Positions 26,615 through 35,467 of a DNA stretch of 64,000 nt are shown here, piece by piece. The notes below the pieces were generated by a model. The model made no database searches, had not been told where the DNA came from, and saw only the letters and a program-made list of their open reading frames with translations. The position numbers and the translations under genes are program-made. This DNA is from an uncultured bacterium (lineage in GTDB: Bacteria > Krumholzibacteriota > Krumholzibacteriia > LZORAL124-64-63). How positions within the stretch are numbered: the stretch's first letter is position 1; each line of letters starts with the position of its first letter. Location: positions 456,212 through 520,211 of the forward strand of contig CALMJK010000005.1 in assembly GCA_937864225.1 (NCBI GenBank), written 5' to 3'.

Positions 26615-27496
26615 CTAGGATTTTAGGCTGGCGGGCGCGCGCCGCGCGGCCTGGAGCCGGGCGGCGCGGCCGAGCATCGCGATCGCCACGGCCAGCGCGG
26701 GCAGGGACGCGGCGAGGTACGTTGCGGCGGTCGCATCGAAGCCACCGGCGGCCGTCTCCTGCCCGTCGGCGCGCAGCATCATGGTCAGGGCCACGCCGTT
26801 GTGCGCGGCGTGGGCCGCGGCGCAAGCGGTGACCGAGCGCGTGAGCGCCCAGACACAGCCCATGAGCAGGCCGACGCCCACCAGTCCGAACAGGTACCAC
26901 GGTTCGCCGTGCAACAGCGCGAAGGCGAGGGCGGCCAGCACGGCCGCCGGCCAGGCGCCCCAGAGCCGCGCGGCGAGCCGCTGCAGGATCCCCCGGAAGA
27001 GCAATTCCTCCGCCACGGGAGCGACGAGCATGACCGCGGCGTAGGCCATAACGATCGCCGGGCCGGAGCGCGGCAACTGACGGGCGTACAACTCCTGCCA
27101 ATGCTGCGGCACGGGGTGCAGGCGCGTGGACAGGTCCGCCAGCACGGATGTCGGCGCGAGCGAGGCGAGGGCGGCCGCCACCGACCAAACCAGCACGCCG
27201 GCCGACGGGCGGTCGAGGGCGAAGTCTCGCCTCAGTGAGCCCCCGGTCCCGCGCGCGAGCAGCGCGCACGGCAGCAAGACTCCCAGCAGGCCGCCCGCCG
27301 CGACCGCCGCGAAGATCCGGTCGGTGAGCGCGAACGTCGCGGCCTGCACGCCGGCGTTCGCCGTCAGGCACGCCAGCGCCCAGACCAGCAGGCGCAGGCC
27401 GCCCCAGGTTCGCCACAGGTCCGGCCGGGGGCCGGGGCCACCGTTTCCTGCTGGGCCCGGCGGGTCGGGGCTTGGATCGCGCGGCTCGTCTTGCAT
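26615..27496 (-). CDS. CPBP/CAAX (Abi) family intramembrane metalloprotease
   Basis: EELLFRG, FALLH, HAAHN motifs within a multi-TM protein. Confidence 0.9.
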   Translation of the reverse strand: MQDEPRDPSPDPPGPAGNGGPGPRPDLWRTWGGLRLLVWALACLTANAGVQAATFALTDRIFAAVAAGGLLGVLLPCALLARGTGGSLRRDFALDRPSAGVLVWSVAAALASLAPTSVLADLSTRLHPVPQHWQELYARQLPRSGPAIVMAYAAVMLVAPVAEELLFRGILQRLAARLWGAWPAAVLAALAFALLHGEPWYLFGLVGVGLLMGCVWALTRSVTACAAAHAAHNGVALTMMLRADGQETAAGGFDATAATYLAASLPALAVAIAMLGRAARLQAARRAPASLKS

Positions 27497-27530
27497 GACC
27501 TGGAACGTCCCGGATGGGGGTCAGACCCCC

Positions 27531-27559
27531 TTGGCAGGGGGCGCGCCAGCGCCTAAGAT
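27531..27559 (+). promoter_or_regulatory. sigma70-type promoter for HAD-nnr-tsaD
   Basis: TTGGCA, 17 nt, TAAGAT. Confidence 0.5.
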
Positions 27560-27612
27560 GCCACGGTCCGCGACAGGGCGCCAGGCGGCAACGGCCGCGG
27601 GAAGGGAGGGGT

Positions 27613-28356
27613 ATGCCCCGCAAGAGCGCGCAACGCTCGATCCAGGCCGTCATCTTCGATCTCGACAACACCCTCTACGATTTCCTCGGGGCGAAGGACC
27701 AGGCGATCCGGGCCGCGATCGATGCCATGATCGACACCGGACTGCCCCTGACGCCCGAGCAGGCGCGGGAGCGGATCGACCGCATCTATCGCGACAAGGG
27801 CATCGAGTACCAGAAGGTGTTCGATGCCTTCCTGCACGAGGTCCTCGGCGAGATCGACGACCGGATGCTGGCCGCGGCGGTGGTGGGCTACCGGCGTTCC
27901 CGCGACGGCACGCTGGTGCTCTATCCGCACGTGCTGCCCACGCTCACCCGGCTGCAAAAGGAGGGCTACCGCCTGGCCGTGCTGAGCGACGCGCCGCGCT
28001 ACGAGGCCTGGATCCGCCTGTGCATGCTGCGCTTGCACCACGTCTTCGACCTGGTGCTGACCTTCGACGACACGGGCATCCGCAAGCCCAGCCCCGCGGG
28101 CTTCCGGCTGGCCCTCAAGCGCCTGGGGCTGGAGCCCCGGCAGGCCGTGATGGTGGGGGACTGGCCCGAGCGCGACATCGTCGGGGCGAAACGGGCCGGG
28201 ATCCACACCGTCTACGCGCGCTATGGCGACGCGCCGGGCCCGGATCGGCCCTCGCCGCAGGCCGGCTCCGGCGCGGACTTCGAGATCGACGACCTGCTGC
28301 AACTGCTCGACGTGCTCAACCGGCTCAACGCGGGCGAGGGAGGCGAGGGCGGGTGA
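27613..28356 (+). CDS. HAD-IA family hydrolase (phosphatase)
   Basis: FDLDNTL, RKP, MVGDWPERDIVGA; GGAGG RBS. Confidence 0.9.
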   Translation: MPRKSAQRSIQAVIFDLDNTLYDFLGAKDQAIRAAIDAMIDTGLPLTPEQARERIDRIYRDKGIEYQKVFDAFLHEVLGEIDDRMLAAAVVGYRRSRDGTLVLYPHVLPTLTRLQKEGYRLAVLSDAPRYEAWIRLCMLRLHHVFDLVLTFDDTGIRKPSPAGFRLALKRLGLEPRQAVMVGDWPERDIVGAKRAGIHTVYARYGDAPGPDRPSPQAGSGADFEIDDLLQLLDVLNRLNAGEGGEGG

Positions 28357-29933
28357 GAGTCGCGACGGCTGGCGAAATGGCCGCCATCGACCGCGACACC
28401 ATCGCGGGCGGCGTGCCAGGCAGCGAGCTGATGGAGCGGGCGGGCCGCGAGATCGTGCGCGCCGCGCTGGATCTCTTCCCCGAACTCGCTCCTCCCGCCG
28501 GCGTCGCCATCTGCTGCGGCAAGGGCAACAACGGGGGCGACGGTCTGGTCATGGCGCGGCTGCTGGACAGCCTCGGCTTCGCCGTGCGCGTGATGCTGCT
28601 GGCGCTGCCGGAGGATCTGTCCCCCGACGCGCGGCTCAACCTCGATCGTCTGCCGCCCGGCGTGCCGGTGATCGCGGTGCCGCCCGAGGAATGGAGCGAG
28701 CGTTGGCTGGCCATGTGCGGCGAATCGGAGCTGGCGGTGGACGCCGTGCTGGGCACCGGCGTCAAGCTGCCCCTGACGCCGCCGTACGCGGCGCTCTGCG
28801 CCGCTTTCGCCCGCGTGCCGACGCCGGTGCTGAGCGTCGACATCCCGTCGGGCGTGGCCGGCGACAGCGGGCGCGTCGACCCGGTGGCGGTGCGCGCCGA
28901 CGCCACGGTCACGGTGGGACTGCCGAAGCTCGGGCTGCTGCTGCCGCCGGGACGCGATCACATCGGCGACCTGGCGGTCGTCGACATCGGCTTCGACGCC
29001 GCCCTCGTGCGCGCGCGGACGGCCGACCGGCACTGGCTGGCGCCGGACGAGCTGGCGGATCTGCTGCCGCCGCGTCCCACCGACGGTCACAAGTACCTTT
29101 TCGGCGCCTTGCTCGTGCTGGCCGGCTCGCGCGCCTACGGCGGCGCGGCCGCCCTGGCCGGCCTGGGCGCCTTGCGCTCCGGCGCGGGCCTGGTCACGGT
29201 GGCGGCGCCGGCGCCGCTCGAAACGCCGCTGCGGATCGCGCTGCCGGAGGCGTTGATCGCGCCCCTGGCGGCGACCGCGGCCGGCACCGTGGCGCCGTTG
29301 CCGCCGTCGGACGTCGCGCGCCTGCTCGACAGGCGCCACGCGGTGGCGGTGGGGCCGGGTTTGGGCGAGGATCCGGCGACCGACGCTTGGGTCGTGGATT
29401 TCCTCGCCGGCCTGAAGCAGCCGGCGGTCGTGGACGCCGATGCCCTTTCCGCCTTCGCGAGGCTGGGCAGGACGCCCGCCTTCGGTTCGTCCGAGGTGGT
29501 GGTCACGCCCCACGCCGGGGAGCTCGCGCGCTTGGTCGGCGTGCGGCCGGCCGAGGTGGAGCGGCGCCGACTCGAGCTGGCGCCGGAGCTGGCGGCGCGC
29601 TGGCGGGCCGTGGTGCTGCTCAAGGGTTCGCCCACGCTCATCGCGACGCCTGACGGCGCGGTGGCGATCAACCACACGGGACACGACGCGCTCGCCCACG
29701 CCGGGACCGGCGATGTGCTGACGGGCCTGATCGGCGGCCTGCTCGCCCAGGGCTGCGCGGCGCGGGACGCGGCGCTGCTCGGCGCATGGCTGCACGGTCG
29801 GGCAGGCGAGACGGCCGCGGCCGGCCGCTCCAGGCGGTGCGTCCTGGCGCGCGAGGTGGCCGACGCCCTCCCCGACGCCTACGCGGACCTCGAGGCCGTC
29901 GCGGACGCCGACCGCCCGCGGCGCGGGCGGTGA
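28353..29933 (+). CDS. nnr: Bifunctional NAD(P)H-hydrate epimerase/dehydratase
   Basis: LMERAG, CGKGNNGGDG, DAVLGTG, DIPSG, HK..FG, GPGLG, DADAL, TPHAGE, AGTGDVL. Confidence 0.95.
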   Translation: MRVATAGEMAAIDRDTIAGGVPGSELMERAGREIVRAALDLFPELAPPAGVAICCGKGNNGGDGLVMARLLDSLGFAVRVMLLALPEDLSPDARLNLDRLPPGVPVIAVPPEEWSERWLAMCGESELAVDAVLGTGVKLPLTPPYAALCAAFARVPTPVLSVDIPSGVAGDSGRVDPVAVRADATVTVGLPKLGLLLPPGRDHIGDLAVVDIGFDAALVRARTADRHWLAPDELADLLPPRPTDGHKYLFGALLVLAGSRAYGGAAALAGLGALRSGAGLVTVAAPAPLETPLRIALPEALIAPLAATAAGTVAPLPPSDVARLLDRRHAVAVGPGLGEDPATDAWVVDFLAGLKQPAVVDADALSAFARLGRTPAFGSSEVVVTPHAGELARLVGVRPAEVERRRLELAPELAARWRAVVLLKGSPTLIATPDGAVAINHTGHDALAHAGTGDVLTGLIGGLLAQGCAARDAALLGAWLHGRAGETAAAGRSRRCVLAREVADALPDAYADLEAVADADRPRRGR

Positions 29934-29939
29934 ACCGGC

Positions 29940-30950
29940 GTGCGGGTGCTCGGCATCGAAACGAGCTGCGACGATACCAGCGTGGCCCTCTATGACGAGG
30001 CGAGGGGCGTCGTGGCCAACCTCGTCTCGTCACAGCTCGATCTTCACGAGCCGTTCGGGGGCGTGGTGCCGGAACTCGCTTCGCGGGCGCACCTGGTCAA
30101 CCTTTTGCCGATGATCGACCATCTCCTCGCCCGCCAGTCGCTGCGCCTGCGCGATCTGGACGGCGTCGCCGTCACGGCCGGCCCTGGTCTCATCGGCGCC
30201 CTGCTGGTCGGGCTGTCCACGGCCAAGGCGATCGCTTTCGGCGCGGGCCTGAAGCTGATCGGCGTGCATCACATCGAGGGGCACATCCTGGCCAACGCGC
30301 TCTCGGGGCCGCTCGTCCTGCCGGCGGCGGTCCTGGTCGTCTCGGGCGGCCACACCGAAGTGGTCATGATGGAGGCGGTCGGCCGCTACGAGAGGCTCGG
30401 CGCGACGCTCGACGACGCGGCGGGCGAGGCGTTCGACAAGACGGCCCAACTGCTGGGCTTGCCGTATCCGGGAGGCCCGGCGATCGACCGGGCCGCCGAG
30501 GGCGGGCGTTCGGGCCGTTTCCGGTTTCCCCGGCCGATGCTCGACGACGCGCGCGTCGTGTTCAGCTTCAGCGGCCTCAAAACGGCCGTGCGGCTCGCGG
30601 CCGCCGGTCTGCCTCGGCCCCTGTCGCCGGAGGATGTCGCGGACCTGGCCCGGGAAACACAGGAGGCGATCGTCGAGGTTCTCGTCGCGCGGCTGTTGCA
30701 GGCCGCCCGGCAGCGACGCGCGCGCGCCGTGTACCTGGCGGGAGGGGTGGCGGCCAACCGGCGCCTGCGCGCCGCGACCGCCGCGGCGGCCCGGGACGCC
30801 GGGCTGCATTTCCTGCCACTGCAGCCGGCATACTGCACCGATAATGCCGCGATGATCGCCTATGCCGGTTGGTGCCGGTTGGCCCACGGCCAGGCGGACG
30901 GCTGGGATCTGGACAGTTTTGCCCGCGCTCCCGTGGTTTCCTGGCGCTGA
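29940..30950 (+). CDS. tsaD: tRNA N6-adenosine threonylcarbamoyltransferase
   Basis: GIETSCDDT, GGVVPELASRAH, HHIEGH, SGGHT, DDAAGEAFDK, FSFSGLKT, CTDNAAMI. Confidence 0.97.
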   Translation: MRVLGIETSCDDTSVALYDEARGVVANLVSSQLDLHEPFGGVVPELASRAHLVNLLPMIDHLLARQSLRLRDLDGVAVTAGPGLIGALLVGLSTAKAIAFGAGLKLIGVHHIEGHILANALSGPLVLPAAVLVVSGGHTEVVMMEAVGRYERLGATLDDAAGEAFDKTAQLLGLPYPGGPAIDRAAEGGRSGRFRFPRPMLDDARVVFSFSGLKTAVRLAAAGLPRPLSPEDVADLARETQEAIVEVLVARLLQAARQRRARAVYLAGGVAANRRLRAATAAAARDAGLHFLPLQPAYCTDNAAMIAYAGWCRLAHGQADGWDLDSFARAPVVSWR

Positions 30951-31011
30951 CAGGCCCTTCTCTTGCCCGTCGTGCCCCGTGCCGGCCCTTTGGCTCCCGC
31001 AGATCCTCCCA

Positions 31012-31026
31012 TGGCATGCAAATTGC
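31012..31026 (+). promoter_or_regulatory. sigma54 (-24/-12) promoter of the signalling operon
   Basis: TGGCAT-GCAAA-TTGC (GG-N10-GC) in the tsaD/response-regulator intergenic region. Confidence 0.72.
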
Positions 31027-31100
31027 CCAATCGGGCCGGAAATGCCAACGGACGCGGCCAATGCATCAGTTTGCACTCCCAACCGGTTTCGGGGGCGGGC

Positions 31101-32087
31101 ATGAGCACGGGTCGAAAGATCCTCGTCGTCGATGACGAACCCCACATCCGCAAGATCCTGCAGTTCCTGCTGACCCAGGAGGGGTTCGACGTCGTCCTGG
31201 CCGAGAACGGCGTGGTCGCGCTGGAGAAGGTGGCGGAGTCGACGCCCGACCTGGTTCTGCTCGACGTGATGATGCCCAAAATGGACGGCTTCACGGTCTT
31301 GCAGCACCTGCGCGAGAACGTGCGCACGAGCTGGGTGCCCATCATCATGCTCACGGCCAAGGGGGAGAGCGCCGAGAAGGTCCGGGGCCTGCGCGGCGGC
31401 GCCAACGACTACCTGACCAAACCTTTCAATCACGACGAACTGATGCTGCGGATGCGCAACATGCTCGACTGGAGCCAGGCCCAGCGCGACGCCAATCCGC
31501 TGACGGGATTGCCCGGCAACCGCGCCATCGAGCAGGAGATGCAGCGGCGCACGCAGGTCGGGCGGCCGTTCAGCTTCCTGTATCTGGACATCGACAATTT
31601 CAAGAGCTTCAACGACTACTACGGTTACTCGCGCGGGGACCAAGCCATCACCTTCCTGGCGCGGGTGCTGGTGGAGTCGGTCGCCGCGGTCCAGGACGGC
31701 GGCGCCTTCATCGGCCACGTCGGGGGCGACGATTTCATCCTGATCAGTTCGCCCGCCTGCTCCGACGAGGTGGCCCAGCGCATCATCGAGAGCTTCGATG
31801 CGGGCGTCGTCGAGCTCTACGATCCGGCCGATCGCGAGCGGGGCTACATCCAGGTGCGGAACCGGGCGGGCCTGGAGCGCACCCTGCCGCTCATCACGTT
31901 GACCATCGCCCTTGTTTCGGACGCAACCTGCCAAGCGCAGCACATCGCCCGCCTGAGCGACATCGCCGCGGAGCTGAAAGCCTACGGCAAGACGATCACC
32001 GGCAGTTGCGTCGTTCACGAGCGCCGTCTGCCCAGCGAAACGCCAGCCGTGACCACCGTGACCAACGGCGGCAAGGATACGCGCTGA
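31101..32087 (+). CDS. Response regulator with GGDEF-family output domain (GGDDF variant)
   Basis: REC (VVDDE, LDVMMP, LTAK, KPF), then NPLTGLPGN, DIDNFKSFNDYYG, GHVGGDDF. Confidence 0.9.
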   Translation: MSTGRKILVVDDEPHIRKILQFLLTQEGFDVVLAENGVVALEKVAESTPDLVLLDVMMPKMDGFTVLQHLRENVRTSWVPIIMLTAKGESAEKVRGLRGGANDYLTKPFNHDELMLRMRNMLDWSQAQRDANPLTGLPGNRAIEQEMQRRTQVGRPFSFLYLDIDNFKSFNDYYGYSRGDQAITFLARVLVESVAAVQDGGAFIGHVGGDDFILISSPACSDEVAQRIIESFDAGVVELYDPADRERGYIQVRNRAGLERTLPLITLTIALVSDATCQAQHIARLSDIAAELKAYGKTITGSCVVHERRLPSETPAVTTVTNGGKDTR

Positions 32088-32127
32088 GCGTTTGCTGCCC
32101 GATGTCCGACGAGGGCGGGAGCCGTCA

Positions 32128-35067
32128 GTGGAACGCCTTTTCGACAGTCGCGACTTCCTGCTGAGGCAGCTGCGTTGGGCGGAGCTGACGGTGGGCTTGG
32201 TCGTCGTGCTCGTCTCGCGCGAGCTCGCCGATTTCCCTTTCCCGCTGCTGCCGGTGCTGATTCTCTTCGCGGGCGCCTTCGGGCTGCAGGCGTGCCTGGT
32301 GCTGCTGACCCGATCCTGCGCGGCGTCTTTGCCCGTTCTGCCCATCCTGGTCGCGGACGCGGCGACGTGGCTGCCGCTGCTGGCGCTCACCGGCGGCGCG
32401 GCCAGCCCATATCCCTTTTTTCTGCTGTTTCCCGCCGCCCACGTTGGCCTGCTGGCCGCGACGCTGCGCGCCGGCCTTTGCGCCACGGGGGTCCTGCTCG
32501 GTCTGTTCGCCGCGACGGTCGCCGTGCGCTGGCCCGGCGAAATCGCCGCGCCGCCCGATGGCGGATTGGTGCTGGGGATCACGCTGCTGCTGGGCGTCCT
32601 GCTGTCCTCGGTGACCTATCTCGTGCGGACCGCCCGCAGCACGCTGCCGCCCGGCTGGGTGGCCTTGCCGGAACCGGTCGAGAACCTGGCGCAGCGGGCC
32701 GCCGGCGAAACCGGTCTCATCCTGGGGGAGAACGGCGACCTGCCCGACCTGCTCGAGGAGGCCGTGCTGGCGCTGACGCGCATCCCGGGCGTCGTCTTCG
32801 CGGCCGCCGTCACGGCGCCCGGGTGGCCGGCTTCGGCGCGCCTCGGCGGCGAGGCCGCCGGCCCCAAGCGCTGCATCGTCTCAGGCGAGGGCCATCTGTG
32901 GCCGCAATGGTTCGATCTGCCGCGCGAAGCGGCGGTTTTCTTCGATCTGGTCGAACACGACCCGGAACAGCCGTTCGTGGCCGGCGCGGCCGACGCGCTG
33001 CGCAAGATCCATTTCCCACTCACGGCCGGCGCGCAATTCGACCGCTGGCTGATGGCGCCGTTCGGCCACCGCGACGAAGCCGGCCTGGTCGTGCTGGTGG
33101 GCATGCGCTCGCGAGAGGCCGACCCGGCCTACGTGCGCCTGACGCTGGCTCACCTCGACAGCCAGATCGCGCCGCTTCTGGCGGCGAGCGGCAACCTCGC
33201 GCGGCTGCGGGGCGAGCTGGACAGCCTGCACGCCGAGAACGAGACCCTGGCGCGAATCAACAAGATGCAGAGCGACTTCGTGGCCGTGGCGAGCCATGAG
33301 CTGAAGACGCCGCTCACCGCGATCACCGCCTACGTCGAAGCCCTGCAACGGAACTGGGGGCGGCCGGATTTCCGGCAAGCCGAGGATTTCATGGGGATCA
33401 TCCGCGAAGAAGCCGGGCGGCTGCTGCGGATGGTCAACCGCATTCTGGACTTTTCGCGCCTCGAGTTCGGCCAGCGCCTGCTGAACCGGCGGGTGATGGA
33501 CATCGAACCTCTCTTGCGCGACACGCTGCGCGCGATCGAGCCGCTGGCCGTCCAGAAACGGCAACGCCTGTCCATTGAATGTCCGCCACTCTTGCCGCGC
33601 GTGGAGATCGACGAGGATCTGATCCGCCAGGTCATGGTCAATCTCGTCAACAACGCCGTCAAATACACGCCCGACGGCGGATCGATCACCGTGCGCGTGA
33701 GCGAGGACGCCGCGACGGTGCGCGTGGAAGTGCAGGACAACGGCGCGGGCATCGCCGCCGAAGAGTTGCACCGCATCTTCCGCCAGTTCTACCGGGCGGG
33801 CGGCGCTAGCGAGACCGTGGAGGGTTTCGGGCTGGGCCTGTCGATCGTCAAGAACATCATCGATCTGCACGGCGGACACATCGACGTGCAGAGCGAAGTG
33901 GGGCGGGGCTCGACGTTCGTGGTGCACTTGCCCAAGGAGCACCACCTGAACCCGGTCACCGCCGCGATTCTGGGCGATCTCACCACGCGACCGCAATTCC
34001 AGCAGCTGCTCCGTTTGACCGTGCGCATGGTCGCCGAAATGACCGAATCGAAGATCGTGTCGCTGATGCTGCTCGATCGGGAGGGACGCAGCCTGGTCGT
34101 GCAGTCGGCTTACGGGCTGAACGAATCCATCGTCAAGAGCGCGCACGTGACCATCGGCAAGGGCATCGCGGGCAAAGTGTTGCAATCGGGCCGGCCTTTG
34201 CTGGTCAAGGATGTCGAAAAGGACGGGCTGCTTGCGACGAACAACCGCGGCCAGTACGAGACCAATTCGCTGGTGTCGGTGCCGCTGAAGATCGAGGACA
34301 GGGTCGTCGGCGTCATCAACGTCAACAACAAGGTCTCCGGCCTGCCGTTCGCCGAGGACGACCTGGTGCTCGTGACGACGCTGGCGGACAAGGTCTCCGC
34401 CGCCCTCGCCGAGGCGATGAAGGTCGATTCCTCGCAGCGGCGCGTCGAGAAGATCGTCGACGCGCTGCAGGCCCTGATCGTCATGAAACGCAAGGCCGTG
34501 CCCACGGCCACGCCGCTGGCCCTGCGGCTGATCGTGCAGACGGCGCGGCGGTTGGGCTTGTCGCCGTCGGAGATCCAGCGCCTCCAGTACGTGGCTTCCA
34601 TGCACGACGTCGGCATGGTGACCGTCGACGGCGAGATCCTCGCCAAGTGCGGTCCTCTCACCGACGATGAGCGCGACGAGGTCGGCCAGCATCCGGAACA
34701 GGGCGTGACCCTGATGCAGCCGTTGCTGCAGGCGCCCGACATGGACAGCATCATCATGGCCCACCATGAGCGCCCCGATGGGCGCGGCTATCCGCTGGGG
34801 CTGCGGGGCGGCGACATCCCCGTCGGCGCGCGCATTCTGGCCGTTGTGGACGCCTTCTTCGCGATGGTGCAGCGACGGCCGTGGCGAGCGCGCTCCTCGG
34901 TGCCCGACGCGGTCGCCGAATTGCGCGCCAACGCGGGCTGCCAATTCGATTCGCCGGTCGTGACGGCCTTCGTCGCGATTCTCCAGCAAGAGGGACTGCT
35001 CACGAGCGACAGGCCGGCGGTGGCCCAGCCGGCGGGCGCTCCCGCGGGCGGCGGCGGGGAGGGTTGA
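32128..35067 (+). CDS. Membrane histidine kinase fused to GAF and HD-GYP-like domains
   Basis: TM helices; SHELKTPLT; NLVNNAVKY, DNGAGI, GFGLGL; GAF (IAGKV..SVPL..VINVNNK); HDVG, HHERPDGRGYP, ARILAVVD. Confidence 0.88.
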   Translation: MERLFDSRDFLLRQLRWAELTVGLVVVLVSRELADFPFPLLPVLILFAGAFGLQACLVLLTRSCAASLPVLPILVADAATWLPLLALTGGAASPYPFFLLFPAAHVGLLAATLRAGLCATGVLLGLFAATVAVRWPGEIAAPPDGGLVLGITLLLGVLLSSVTYLVRTARSTLPPGWVALPEPVENLAQRAAGETGLILGENGDLPDLLEEAVLALTRIPGVVFAAAVTAPGWPASARLGGEAAGPKRCIVSGEGHLWPQWFDLPREAAVFFDLVEHDPEQPFVAGAADALRKIHFPLTAGAQFDRWLMAPFGHRDEAGLVVLVGMRSREADPAYVRLTLAHLDSQIAPLLAASGNLARLRGELDSLHAENETLARINKMQSDFVAVASHELKTPLTAITAYVEALQRNWGRPDFRQAEDFMGIIREEAGRLLRMVNRILDFSRLEFGQRLLNRRVMDIEPLLRDTLRAIEPLAVQKRQRLSIECPPLLPRVEIDEDLIRQVMVNLVNNAVKYTPDGGSITVRVSEDAATVRVEVQDNGAGIAAEELHRIFRQFYRAGGASETVEGFGLGLSIVKNIIDLHGGHIDVQSEVGRGSTFVVHLPKEHHLNPVTAAILGDLTTRPQFQQLLRLTVRMVAEMTESKIVSLMLLDREGRSLVVQSAYGLNESIVKSAHVTIGKGIAGKVLQSGRPLLVKDVEKDGLLATNNRGQYETNSLVSVPLKIEDRVVGVINVNNKVSGLPFAEDDLVLVTTLADKVSAALAEAMKVDSSQRRVEKIVDALQALIVMKRKAVPTATPLALRLIVQTARRLGLSPSEIQRLQYVASMHDVGMVTVDGEILAKCGPLTDDERDEVGQHPEQGVTLMQPLLQAPDMDSIIMAHHERPDGRGYPLGLRGGDIPVGARILAVVDAFFAMVQRRPWRARSSVPDAVAELRANAGCQFDSPVVTAFVAILQQEGLLTSDRPAVAQPAGAPAGGGGEG

Positions 35068-35453
35068 TGGCCCAGCGCGTTTTGATCGTCGATGACGAAG
35101 CGCCGCTCGTGAACCTGCTCGCGCAGGCCTTGAGCGACCATCGATTCCAGGTCGCCAGCGCGCGCGACGGCGTGGACTGCATGAACAAGGTGGCGACCTT
35201 CAAGCCCGACGTCGTCGTGATGGACGTGATGATGCCCCGGCTGGACGGGGTGGACGCCACGCGGCTGATCCGGCGCAACCGCAGCTGGAGCGACGTGATC
35301 ATCATCGCCCTGTCGGCGCGGTCGGACCCCGCCTCGCGGGACCAGATCATCCAGGCCGGCGCGGACCTGTTCGTGAGCAAACCGTTCTCCATCCAGCGGC
35401 TGATCGGGCAGATCCAACGGCTGCTCGTCGCGCGGGCGCGACCGGCAGGCTAG
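35067..35453 (+). CDS. Single-domain response regulator
   Basis: IVDDE, MDVMMP, LSAR, KPF; TGATG coupling to the upstream kinase. Confidence 0.9.
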   Translation: MAQRVLIVDDEAPLVNLLAQALSDHRFQVASARDGVDCMNKVATFKPDVVVMDVMMPRLDGVDATRLIRRNRSWSDVIIIALSARSDPASRDQIIQAGADLFVSKPFSIQRLIGQIQRLLVARARPAG

Positions 35454-35467
35454 GAGCGAAGCACTCG

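Noticed and set aside
26596..26623. Possible dif (XerCD) site
   Set aside because: Lacks the conserved TTATGTTAAAT XerD arm and the inner ATAA/TTAT dyad. Kept only as an unexplained AT-rich island.
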